Part shown: one piece after another, positions 25,970 to 36,748 of the stretch | Position numbering within the stretch: the first letter of the stretch is position 1 | Layout: each line of letters opens with the position of its first letter | DNA from: Leidyana gryllorum EB-2025a | Taxonomy: Eukaryota > Protista > Apicomplexa | Reading direction: 5' to 3' | NCBI GenBank assembly: GCA_048772705.1 | Contig: JBLWGC010000230.1 | Span: 1,178,001-1,242,000 of the forward strand | DNA length: 64,000 nt | The notes under the pieces: model-generated | What the model was told of the DNA's origin: nothing | Seen by the model: only the letters and a program-made list of their open reading frames with translations | Database searches by the model: none | Made by a program: the position numbers and the translations under genes

Positions 25970-26444
25970 TATGAGTGGAGGCCTTAAGGCTACAATATCC
26001 CCCAATGTGGATTTGATTTTCGCAGTGACCCCTCCAACCCTCTTTCGATAGAACAGAAAGGTGCACTTCTCACTCAGTCAGTCATCCAGCGAGAGAACAA
26101 TAGCTCCGCTATGATGAAAGACCATTGGAACGCTGATCTGTTCGTCACCTTAAAGCCCTAAAAGCATCTGGGCTGATAAAATTGAGCTCAATTTCATGCA
26201 CCAATCGATGTCTATCTGTTCTTAGCTCATCATCATTCGGGTCAACCTTAGTGTGGCGGCGCTCGGGAGGGCTTCCGTACAAATAAACCTCGAACGCCAG
26301 CCATCTTCGCTTCCCACATCAAGAAGAGGGCATCACAACAAAAAGTGCGCTGTGCGCTGACGACTCCAGCTCGCCGCCCTAGCACCACCACCAGCAGCCC
26401 TGAGACAGCGGCAGCAGTTACGGGTTTGCTGGTTGCTCATTCTC

Positions 26445-27761
26445 TCAGACGGCGAAGCACTGGGCGGGGTGCAGACGCAGGATGCAGAGAGCGAGCTTGT
26501 CTCCGTCCGAAGCACCACCAGGGCAGTGTGCAGTCAATAGGGTGGCGTACACATTACAAAGGTTGTGACAGTCATCATGCCACACCCGGTTGCTCGGGTT
26601 CCCAATAGCGGCTTGGCAAGCCTCCACAGGGGTTCCACCGTTGTTGTTGTTGTTGCTGCCACCGCCTACAACAGGCGGTGCCCGAGTGGTGGTAGTATAA
26701 CGGGTTGTGGTGCTGGTAGTGGTAGTCGGAGCAACGACTGGGGGCACAACAACTCCGGGACGAGTAGTTGTAGTAGTCGGCTGAGGAGGAGTAGTAGAAG
26801 TTGTGGTGGTGGTAGTAGTGGTAGTAGGCACAACATTGTTACCTCCGTTATTACCACCGGCGGAGATGCGGGGCAAATCGGTACTGAGGAACTGTTGCAA
26901 GTTGGAAGTGTCCCAGGAGTCGGGGTACTTCCAGATCATAATTCCACCATTGTAGCCCAACTCAGACTCAGCCTTCTCCAACGCTAAAGCAATGGCACTA
27001 GAGGACATCATGCCCGAACCACCGTGAGAAGAGTACATGTACTTGCCCAACACGAGCTTATCTCTGTAATCGGGATTACGGGCCCAGATCTCGCTAATGG
27101 CGGCTTGGTGGATATCATTCACGAACAGATACTGATATTGGTCGTGGTTCGCAGAAGTACCTTGATTGTAATATTGGATGAGCATCTTGTCAACGTGTGG
27201 CAGGATCGCCTCATAACCAAAACTGCCCCAAGTACCCATGTACGGACTTTGGGGCGCATGGGTAATGTGTCCCACGTAGTTGCGGCAAAGCTTGCTTGCC
27301 TCAATCGCCCAGCTCACAGTAGAGCTAGACGTACCAAAACCAGCAGGAAGATGCTCCAAATCAAAGTCCACACCATCATAACCATACGCCTGTGCGTGAC
27401 CACACACGTAATCAGTAAAGTCCTTCGGCGTATAGTTCAGATACTGTTGGTTGTATGTTCCGCCACCAGTCACTAAGTGGAACATGCCACCTTTGGAATG
27501 TACAAGATCAAGCACCTGTTGACGACCCGATGCGCTCATCCTCTGCCAGTCACCAACGCTATCTGCAAGATCAGGAGCTCCACAAGGGCAGTTCGGCACC
27601 ATAAATGAGTTCATGATGTCAGTCGCTCCAGCGTTAACCAAGTTAGAGTAATAAGTAATAAGGTTGGCTTCAGACTGAGCGCTCCATTCATCCACGTAAA
27701 TGAAAGTCCTGCGCGCGGTGACAGCGCCAATCACACCAACGACAAAAGTTGTGAGCTTCAT
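26445..27761 (-). CDS. Secreted GH18 chitinase with Pro/Thr-rich linker and 6-Cys C-terminal domain; intronless
   Basis: Signal peptide MKLTTFVVGVIGAVTA, catalytic DGVDFDLE (DxxDxDxE), ITHAPQSPY, IQYYNQG, KLVLGK, GGIMIW, then a poly-Thr/Pro linker. Confidence 0.9.
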   Translation of the reverse strand: MKLTTFVVGVIGAVTARRTFIYVDEWSAQSEANLITYYSNLVNAGATDIMNSFMVPNCPCGAPDLADSVGDWQRMSASGRQQVLDLVHSKGGMFHLVTGGGTYNQQYLNYTPKDFTDYVCGHAQAYGYDGVDFDLEHLPAGFGTSSSTVSWAIEASKLCRNYVGHITHAPQSPYMGTWGSFGYEAILPHVDKMLIQYYNQGTSANHDQYQYLFVNDIHQAAISEIWARNPDYRDKLVLGKYMYSSHGGSGMMSSSAIALALEKAESELGYNGGIMIWKYPDSWDTSNLQQFLSTDLPRISAGGNNGGNNVVPTTTTTTTTTSTTPPQPTTTTTRPGVVVPPVVAPTTTTSTTTRYTTTTRAPPVVGGGSNNNNNGGTPVEACQAAIGNPSNRVWHDDCHNLCNVYATLLTAHCPGGASDGDKLALCILRLHPAQCFAV

Positions 27762-28221
27762 CTTCAGGACTCAAATCAAAATCCAAGACCACTTGTCACG
27801 GAATTATTTATTGCAATGCTTCAAATCTCGCACACAAATTGAAACAGAGGGCACACACAGATCTCCCATACCCAACAGTCGATTGATCCTTCTATTGACA
27901 GTAGAACGCCCCTCCTTCCCCGCCAATCACGCCGAGATCGGCAAATACTAGATGTTTGTTGTTTCAGCACTAGCTCCATGTTCAAATCTGTGCCGGCCAC
28001 TCCTCAGACAGGGTTGTCTGGGTAGTAGCCATCCCATGTGCTTTAGTTGGCACACTACAGACGCTGTATATTCTACAGCACTTGAGTGTTGAGGATATAA
28101 GGTGGTGTGCGATCCTGTGTGCGTGGCGCGTCTCCCAATAGAACTGTCAAACAGTAACCTCTCCGAACTATTCTTCAGCAGCCTTGACTCTCTTAGTTTC
28201 TTAGTATTGGTCTTACAAACA

Positions 28222-30261
28222 ATGTATTGGAGCTCATGGTTACTCCTGAGCGGTGTATTCGCCCTCAATGAGCATATCACTGTGTGTCCTTCGTCTGTTT
28301 CGGTGCAATTACCTAGTGTAACGTCGGTCTATACCGTAGCTTTGACCTTCACGAACAGTGGTTCAAGCACAGCGTATTTGACACTTCTTCCGAACGACAC
28401 ATATAACAACCCACGTGAGCGAGTTTGGCGAGCGAGCGAAGCTTACGCTCCGCTCATGATTAGCCGCGAGGAAGCAACGACTGCCGCCGCTGCAACCGTT
28501 GCCCAATCGCAGGCTTTGCTCTCGGATGCGGCTTTGAAGTTTCACAATAACGCGATAGACGGTCACGGTATAATGATTTCCCATGGTAACCTGGATATTC
28601 ATCCTGATCTGGACCAGATCACGACACCAAGCCCAGTGTTGCCAAGGACAAATCGCCCTCAGTATCGGGGCCGGAAGCCCAGTCGCCAAGCGTTGGTGGA
28701 TTGGCACACTGTCATTCTGACACGACCGAACGGCGGTGACATACCGGCGTGTACCTTCGTGTCACGGAGCGGATTGAAGCATCGTGCCCTGTCGTGTCCG
28801 ACAATCTTGTCGCAGACGCTGGACTGTCAGGCTCAAGCGTTTTGGTTGGATGATGGGACCCACATCGAGATTCGATTCCCCGCCAGTTGTTCGGATGCGG
28901 CTATAACAGCGGCAACGACGATATGGACGACCATGCTGGGCGGCGCCGACGTGGAAGCTGACGAAGTATTGCTTGTTCAAGGTCAGAATCTCCGTGGAGA
29001 AGTGGGAGCAGTGTCGGCGGCACAGCCTCAGGCGAATGTGCAATCATTCAACCCAGCGTGGCCGAACGAGTGGCAGTATGGTTATCTGGACTATGCTTTC
29101 CCATTCCTGATGATCAACGCTACGAAGCAATGGCCAACGTTAGCTAAGTATCCAATTACTGCGAATCCAACGGTGATGGTCATCGACACTTATGCTCAGC
29201 TGAACCATGAAGATTTGACAGACAACTATGCTGTGAATTTGATTGAGTTGAACGGTGTTGCTGGCGTTGATGACGACGGAGATGGAGTTATTGATAACAT
29301 TTATGGATTGGATGGCGTTAACATGGAGTATGGCGACCCGGACTGGAGTGGTTCTATCAGCCACGGCACCTCTGTTTCTGGTTTGGTAGCTGCGAAGCCG
29401 AACAACGACTTGGGTACAGCCGGTATTGCCCCTCAGGTCCGTGTTTTGCCTTGTGGTACGGGAAATTCAACAATGTCAATGCTTGCTACGATTGCCTGTA
29501 TGAACTGGGCGCTGGAGAATGCTAAGCGATTCAACTTGCGAGTGATTAACCACTCGTACACTGGAGCGTCCTACTCGTCGTACCAAGCTCAGACCTTCGC
29601 AAAGATGCAAGATATTGGGATGATTCATACTGTTGCGACGGGCAATACCAACCTTGACATGGACTCTGTGGAGCCCCCTACCCCGATCTTGTATCTGGCC
29701 ACCGAAGGATTCTGGAGTATGATCGGCATTGGCCGCCTCGACAAGAAGGGCGCTCCTGCACCCAGTGGGTACAGTACGGAGTGGACTAACTTTTATATGC
29801 CCGGTGAACTCACCGTGCTGGTTCCGCCCGATGGATCTGAGATAGCAATTGGAAGTGGTACGAGTTTCGCTGCTCCGACCACAGCCGGCGTCATTGCCAG
29901 CATGCTCACTCTACGTCCCGAACTCGATATCTTTGATGTGCTCTGGATTCTGGAAAACAGTATTGTGAAGTTAGACACCCTCACAGACCTGTGCAAGTGG
30001 GGTGGATTTGTAAACTCGTCACTCGCCCTCGAATACTCTCAAGGTACTTGGATCAAGCCCGCCGATGAAGCGAACCGCTATGTCACACTGGCCCCGGGAG
30101 AATCCAAAACTGTTGACTTCACTGTCACACTGCAACCTGATGGCCACGAAGCTGCCACTTCAAGAACCGCATACATTTCGGTTCTCGGCCTCAATGCCAC
30201 ACGCATGAGTGGGGTTTACAAGATGGGTGAGGTCCCGGTAACGGTGACTCTGGCAGCCTAG
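28222..30261 (+). CDS. Secreted subtilisin-like S8 serine protease; intronless
   Basis: Signal peptide MYWSSWLLLSGVFA; triad VMVIDT / HGTSVSG / GTSFAAP; oxyanion ATGN; Ca-loop NGVAGVDDDGDGVIDNIYG; C-terminal Ig-like VTLAPGESKTVDFTVTL. Confidence 0.92.
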   Translation: MYWSSWLLLSGVFALNEHITVCPSSVSVQLPSVTSVYTVALTFTNSGSSTAYLTLLPNDTYNNPRERVWRASEAYAPLMISREEATTAAAATVAQSQALLSDAALKFHNNAIDGHGIMISHGNLDIHPDLDQITTPSPVLPRTNRPQYRGRKPSRQALVDWHTVILTRPNGGDIPACTFVSRSGLKHRALSCPTILSQTLDCQAQAFWLDDGTHIEIRFPASCSDAAITAATTIWTTMLGGADVEADEVLLVQGQNLRGEVGAVSAAQPQANVQSFNPAWPNEWQYGYLDYAFPFLMINATKQWPTLAKYPITANPTVMVIDTYAQLNHEDLTDNYAVNLIELNGVAGVDDDGDGVIDNIYGLDGVNMEYGDPDWSGSISHGTSVSGLVAAKPNNDLGTAGIAPQVRVLPCGTGNSTMSMLATIACMNWALENAKRFNLRVINHSYTGASYSSYQAQTFAKMQDIGMIHTVATGNTNLDMDSVEPPTPILYLATEGFWSMIGIGRLDKKGAPAPSGYSTEWTNFYMPGELTVLVPPDGSEIAIGSGTSFAAPTTAGVIASMLTLRPELDIFDVLWILENSIVKLDTLTDLCKWGGFVNSSLALEYSQGTWIKPADEANRYVTLAPGESKTVDFTVTLQPDGHEAATSRTAYISVLGLNATRMSGVYKMGEVPVTVTLAA

Positions 30262-30308
30262 ACAAAGTTTGAACTCAATTTTGGTTTTGCGTCAATAGAA
30301 ACCGTCCG

Positions 30309-33300
30309 ATGGCCACTGGGATCGCCCGAGGGCCACACGAGGTTACTTTCTTGATCCTTGACACACAAACCTCACAGACTCGATCACTCACCTATGATGA
30401 GGACAAACTACAGCTACCCATATCCCCAGGAGTAGCTGACCGTGCAGGACCTGTCCTCACAGCACAACTCTTCCTACAGACATATATTGCTCGAAAGCTC
30501 CTCTTGGAACCTCAAGACAAAATAGGCGTTATTTACGCTGGCACTTCTGACACTAATCATCCCCTTCAAGGAGTCAAAGAAGGCTATGATCATCTCACCC
30601 TTGTCGCTGGAGTAAGAGGACCGACCAATCGATCTTTCCACAGTCACCCTCACCATCTCTATCATCACAGCCGACCGAAACTCTCGCAGAAAGTCTCGAG
30701 GCCACCAGTTATCTCGAGGAGACGGACGGGAAAAAGATCGAAGCCGATACATTCTCTGCTGTGATTCTCGGTAATATACACTACGAACTCTCAGCAATCT
30801 CTCCCCACCACCATCTCTCCCCACCACCATCTCTCCGCCAATCTTACTCACTCACACCCAATATTCCTTGAATTCTTGCAGCGGCGGAACTGCTCACTCA
30901 GTTTCTGAACGACGCCAAACGGATCAGTAAAGATGTCGCCAAGAAGATTTACCTCTTCACTGCGCCGGATGGGTGCTCTTTCGATGTGGGCGATGACGCT
31001 CTCAGTGTCGCCCAATTCCTGCGGGTACGTCAATTTCAATGTGACACCTTTGAAGCTGACACCCTCGACGATCACTCTGCAGGAGAGTAACATTGAGCTG
31101 ACTGTTGTGAACTGTGCCACACTTCGAGGACAGAATATTGCAGAGATGGAGGACTTTGTCGCCAAAGTCAAAGGCCACTTCTGGACTTTCGCAGACGCAA
31201 ACTCGAGTCTCAGTGGACCTGTGTGAGTCAAACAGCCGAGCGCGGATCGCTCCAACCGTTACTCATCAGCCGTAAGCGCGTCAGCCCGACCACCAAGTCT
31301 CGCGTGGCTCTCAATTTCAACAAGCATTTTGAGATCCCCACATTCATATACTTGGGCACCAAAGAAGAAGTCTTCCCCAGCCCGAAATTGGAGTCTATCT
31401 ACAACAAGGACAAAGGGACCGGTCGGGATAAGGGGGATGACGACGAGGACGAAGAAGCAGAGGGCGCTGGTGAGTGTGTGAGATCACAATGTGTCTCTTA
31501 GCCCGACAATACTCCAACAGGGAAAGCCTCAGTCTCTATGAGCCGAAGTTATTTCATTCGCGGAGAAGCCGAACGTGAGTCGTCCGCCTTGCATTGGTTC
31601 TGAGAGTACCTCACTATCGGATCGCAGCGGAAGAGATTCCCCCAGAAGAGAGAACAAAGGCCTATCTGTATGGCAAACATCTCATTCCGATTGGTCCGGC
31701 AGAGACAGCTTTGCTGACTGACGATGAGACTGAGAAGTGTCTGGATGTCATTGGAACAGTGTCGCGAGATGTCAGTGACGGTATGGATTGGTAATCGTTG
31801 TAAACGAAAGAGTCTCTTCTCTCAGCCTATTGGGTTGTCAAGAACAGCGAGATCGTTATTGCGGAACCCGCAAACACACAGGCGTACGCTGCATTGGCGG
31901 TATTGAGCAGAGCTCTGCAGCGAGCGAAAAGGGTTATCATCGCGAGATTCGTGTGGCGAAGGAAAGTCGCGCCCAAACTCGTCATGTTGTCACCCGGTCA
32001 GAATCCGGATGGCACTACAGCAGATTGGCTCATTATGAACTATCTGCCTTTTGTGGATGACTCCAAGACAAGTTTAGATCTCCTCAGTCTACCGGGGGTC
32101 ACTCGTCTTCAAGAAGACCTTCTCAACCGATTGGTGACTGACATGGCGCTTGTCAGCCTTGTCAAGGCTGAGGAAGTTGTGGATCACCCGTCCTCTGTTG
32201 TGGTCGACGCCGACAGTATCTTTGATGACGAGATGGCTGAGAGTGAGACCGATGTCAAGAAGATCGTGCAGCACAAGTTTCGGCCCGAGGCGACCTGGAA
32301 CCCCGCCATACAAGCGTAAGAGCAAGTGACTCGCCATACATCAGACAAACACAGCTTCTACTACGCTACCGAGTTTCGTCTTACACACCGCGAAGAGGAA
32401 GAGGGATTGCCGACAATGCCTCCATATATCTCCCGTCAGCTGGAAATTGGCAAAGATGTGCTGCACGACAAGAATTTGGTGACAGAAATGCAGGACGCTT
32501 TCAATCTGCAACGAGCGTCCACGAGGGCCGATGAACGCAAACAGCAATGGCTGACAGCCCAGTTGGCCGCAGTGAGTATACATCACTCGACTTTCCTGCG
32601 AAAAACTCGCTCGCTATGCAGACCCGACCTGTCAAGGTTCTGGACATAGACGAAGTTTTGGGTGAACAAGAGTTGCTCAACATGGAGAAGTTTGTGAGTC
32701 TCGTCAATCCTATCGACTCCTTCCTGGATATGGTGACTGAGGACGATCTGAAAGACAAAGCTTTCGATCAGCTCACTGAGATCGTCATTGACAGAGTCGT
32801 CGAAACACTGCAGTTCCCCAAGGCTAAAGATCAGGCGGTCGAGCTCCTGAAATTCTTCAAGTGAGTTTCCTCGCAGGCCTGAAGAGTACAATGCTCTCTC
32901 TCATCAATAAATCCTCAGAGCTCAGGCTGCTTCGAGAGACGAAAAAGCCAGGTACGGCTGTTACAGCGGCTGATACAGCATAGCTGATACAGCATACACT
33001 GCCTCTCATTTCATCCTGTACGCAGACACAATCTGTTATTGACTAAGCTCAAGGACGTTTTGACCATTGACCCTCGGACCTTTCGACCGATTGCTGAGAT
33101 TTGTATCACTCCAGAATGCTCTCCGTTTGAAGATATCGAAGGGGCAGAGTAAGTTACCCATATTGAGGGTGCAGAAACGATACGTTCATCGTTCGACCTC
33201 AGAGTCATAGGCGACCTGCAAACCTTAGCCTCCGATCAAGCTGGCTCTCAAAGCACCAAGCCCAAACGATCAGAACCGACTGCTCCTACGGTAACCACCC

Positions 33301-33386
33301 AACTAACGATTCCCTTTGTCACTGTTTACGCTCTCATTTCGCAGACATCTGGCAATGAGCACCCAGACTTTGATGAACTGGAATAA
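30309..33386 (+). CDS. KU80: Ku80 (NHEJ DNA end-binding subunit), multi-exon
   Basis: vWA region (FLILDT, DKIGVIYAG, KKIYLFT), core KAYLYGKHLIPI, KCLDVIG, ARFVWR..PKLVMLSP..LPFVDD, NPAIQ, C-domain VNPIDSFLDMV, and acidic tail HPDFDELE*. Confidence 0.85.
30797..30845. repeat. Short tandem repeat (ATCTCTCCCCACCACC) x about 2.5 in a Ku80 intron
   Basis: Directly visible in the sequence. Confidence 0.7.
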
Positions 33387-33399
33387 TTTTTGGGTTTAA

Positions 33400-34422
33400 A
33401 TGGGGGGTAATCTCAAGGCTGACGCTGAGGGAGCGATATTCATTCCCACCACCCGGGAAGAACGCCTCAAGGGACAGAAGCTCGTCATTATATTAGACGC
33501 TGGATGCGTTGAAATTGTTCATGTGGGCAAAGGCCGCCACGAACTCTTAGACGGTACCAGACATCGGAAATTACTAGAGAAAAGTGGGGATAAACGTGAT
33601 CCTGCCGATCTTAGGCCGGATATCGTCTATGGGTGAGTCAATCTGAAGTACTCAACAAACATTATTATCATAGCTGCCTCCAAACGCTTCTCGACTCTCC
33701 TCTAAATCGAGCCGGCCGGCTCTTAATATACATCAGAACGGCTGCCAACCTCCTCATCGAGGTCAACCCGCAATTACGGGCACCATGTACCTATTTGGAG
33801 TTCGAATCAGCCTTTGGTGAGATTAAAACTTCGCGGTCATATGAAACTCCGCCTCCGCAGCAACTCTAATGGTTCAGAAAGTGGTAAAAGCGAGTGAAGC
33901 CAAAGTAGGACTCCTCAGAATCATTTCGAACGATCTCGATGCATTGTTGCCACCTGGCACCAAACGGTTTGGATTCGAAGTTGACGGGGAACCAGTCCAC
34001 GTAGCTCCCTTCGTCCGCGATTTAGTCACCACAGCTCGTCAAGACCTCCAAGACGCTCGCCAGCGAGAGGTACAAAGAGTCTATGAGTATGGATGGAGAA
34101 ATAAAGCCACTGGTTTGGCACCCATTGAAAACGCAGCCACCGCCCGCGCACCCGCCATGTTCGCCGCCGGCATCTCTGATTTCGCTTTGCAGAAAGAACT
34201 CGAGGCCATTGACAGTCGAGCACTGCCACCTCTCTGCTTCTTCATCGGTGCGGTAGCGAAAGCCAGTCCCGGTGAGTCCAGCCTTTCCTCCCTCAGCAAA
34301 GATTTCTTCCTCCAGTGAAAACCTCGGAGATTGAGAAGAACATCAGAATATCTCAGTATCCCCTATCTGCTGCTGTATGCTGTGCAAAACTAGTTGATGC
34401 TTTCGAAGCACTTTGGGTTTGA
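33400..34422 (+). CDS. NEP1: NEP1/EMG1-family SPOUT rRNA methyltransferase, divergent
   Basis: LVIILD, RPDIV, LLDSPLNRAGRLLIYIRT, LIEVNP, FFIGA and ISQYPLSAAVCCAKLVDAFE. Confidence 0.85.
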
Positions 34423-34445
34423 GACTGAGGTTGAGACCGAGACCC

Positions 34446-35255
34446 TCAGTCCGTCGAGACGCTCACTGATGTGCGCCGGGGAGGTGTGGTTGTAACGCCC
34501 TCCCTGCGGGTTGGATCTGGACTAAGGTCGATGGACGCCCATCTGCTCACATGCTCTGGGGTTCCTGAGATGTATAGCGCCGTTTGGCATGCTCGCGGCT
34601 CGGTGGGTACACTCAACGATGGTGACGACTCGCCAGAGCAGGGTAGCTTCTGAACATCACTGGGTGTGTGGGGGTTGACTTTCATCCGCTTCACCAATGA
34701 ACGTGTCACACGCCTGAGGCTGCGGGGTATTGAAGCCCGTGAGTGCCGGCGGGGATAGCCTGTGGCGAAATCAGTCTGAGCCTGTGACACCAATACCTCG
34801 GCAGCTATGGTTTCAATTGCTTCACCCGTTGTATCGACCACAAGAAGCCCTGAGTCGGTTGCGAATATCATTCTTGGGTGTTCAAGAAAACAAGACCAGC
34901 CGAAACGGGTGCCTCCCAACTGCTCAAACGTATCGAAGGTCAGAATGGTCCATTGATCATTCCCCAGTGGTGAAGGAGGCACCGATCCTACCAAGTCATC
35001 CCAAATCGCTGCTAACTCGCCCCAATTCTCCGAAGGAGAGGGCGTCAAATCCTTCGGACACCGTGAAGAGGTTGCCGTTGTTGTTGTCGCTGGACTCCCG
35101 TCATAAGGACTGTTGACTCTGAAAATATGGACGGTGGGCTCTCTGGGGGCAAGATATCGGACGGCAGCGTTTGGCGAAGTCTGAAGGAGGCGTGCCTCGG
35201 CGACATGAGGTCGCTCAAATGTCCATCTTGATGATTCTCTCTCGTAACCTGTCAT
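34446..35255 (-). CDS. Hypothetical protein (269 aa ORF; may have upstream exons)
   Basis: A long open frame filling the gap between NEP1 and Alba, with no recognisable motif. Confidence 0.45.
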   Translation of the reverse strand: MTGYERESSRWTFERPHVAEARLLQTSPNAAVRYLAPREPTVHIFRVNSPYDGSPATTTTATSSRCPKDLTPSPSENWGELAAIWDDLVGSVPPSPLGNDQWTILTFDTFEQLGGTRFGWSCFLEHPRMIFATDSGLLVVDTTGEAIETIAAEVLVSQAQTDFATGYPRRHSRASIPRSLRRVTRSLVKRMKVNPHTPSDVQKLPCSGESSPSLSVPTEPRACQTALYISGTPEHVSRWASIDLSPDPTRREGVTTTPPRRTSVSVSTD

Positions 35256-36085
35256 GTGTCTAGGTGTTGTTGCACCCGCCTATGTGATACACGCGTTCTG
35301 TACCCTATGCCGAACACACACATGCGCAATTATCTACGTAACTCGATAATCTTGTCGCATCGTCTTGTCATGTTGCTCCATGTCCTCTAAGCAAGTCCTC
35401 TATCATTGCTGCGTAGTTCAGTAAACCATCTCGACCGCAACGCGGGCCCAATTGGAATGCCGAAGGCTTAGTGCCCAGCAAAACTCCAAGTGCGTCTTGC
35501 CAATACCTTTTTGAGGTGTATTTAGTTTGGCACCGACGCGTCACCTAAGAGCATGAGATCAGCGGGTTTGGGGATCGGCGCACACACCGGATCGTAGTAT
35601 TGGGAAGCTCCGAATTTCATTTGGCATAGATATGGGGCCCAACATTCTGTAACTAAGGTGCTATCTCTCTGGCTCAAGCGACATGCTATTTTTTGCTCAC
35701 GTTGTCGCTGAATTGTACTGTTGGTGTATAGATCATGCTCAATCCGTTGAGACAATGCGGAAGCAGCCCCTGCAAAGGAGTGTATACTGATCACTCGAGT
35801 ATTGAACACTTGCTTGTAACAATGCTGGTCCTCTGTTCAGGTGGAAATGCCATCACATACATATCCACTGTCGGCTGAGCTAAGGTGGAAAGCCATGTCA
35901 GACCAGCACAGATCAGGTACATCTGTCAATAGCGTCACTACACACACGTGTGCTGCGCGTGCGACACCTCTACCACACTGTGGCGACTGTGTACGGACAA
36001 TCTTTTAACGCTTGGTTGCATCAAAACGTTTTGGGACTCATTTTTTTGTCTATTGCGGAAATTTTGACGGAGTGTGCAGTATACA

Positions 36086-36605
36086 ATGTCGCAAGCTAAG
36101 GCAAGTGAAACCAAGCCGGTGGAAGCCACACAACCCCCGGTGGTCGAAGAAGACCCTTCGGTTGGCCGCATCCAAGTATCAGCGCAGCGAAGAAAGCGCT
36201 TCTACGTTTATGTGGCGCGACGCCAATTTGCCACACGCGAAGAGATACAAAAGGTGGTCATCACCGCGCTCGGTGGAGCCATAGCGTCCGCCATTTCCAC
36301 TGCCGGCGAGCTTGAACAGATGGGAGTTGGAAAAATAGCTGAGGTCAAGACTTCATACTCTCCCATCGACCCGGACGCGCAGGGAAGAAGTGTGGCGCGC
36401 ATTGCCATTATCGTTGCCCGCAACCCCGAGTGGAAGGTGAGTTAGCAGCGCATTTACATTCAATCTATCGCTATCTTTGCAGCCCGATGAAACAGATGCC
36501 CCCCGACGCCCCACTCGCTTCCGCAAGGAGGAAGCTGAGGAAGGTGTCAAGGATAAGGAAGTAAAAGAGGAGCCTAAGCCGTCTGCCGAGCAGTCCTCGA
36601 AGTGA
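36086..36605 (+). CDS. ALBA3: Alba DNA/RNA-binding protein (Alba3-type), 2 exons
   Basis: IQVSAQRRKRFYVYVARRQF..VVITALGGAIASAISTAGELEQMGVGKIAEVKTSY..IAIIVARNPEW; intron about 36437-36482; charged tail. Confidence 0.85.
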
Positions 36606-36748
36606 GGATATCACTACGGTTCGGCTCTTAGCCACTTCCCCCTTTTTCGTCTGTCCCTATCATGTAGCAGTGCACTGACAATCTTTTGAAACCTTGAAGA
36701 GATAGCAGATTCATCCCAAGCATATGGTGCGAATCACTGGTGCACGAG

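Noticed and set aside
26105-26185. Possible box C/D snoRNA (ATGATGA at 26111; CTGA at 26133 and 26173)
   Set aside because: The terminal stem is weak and I could not identify rRNA-complementary guides. It would need snoscan to support.
26210-26228. TATCTGTTCTTA resembles part of U2 snRNA
   Set aside because: The branch-pairing GTAGTA, stem I and Sm site are absent, so this is a short chance match.
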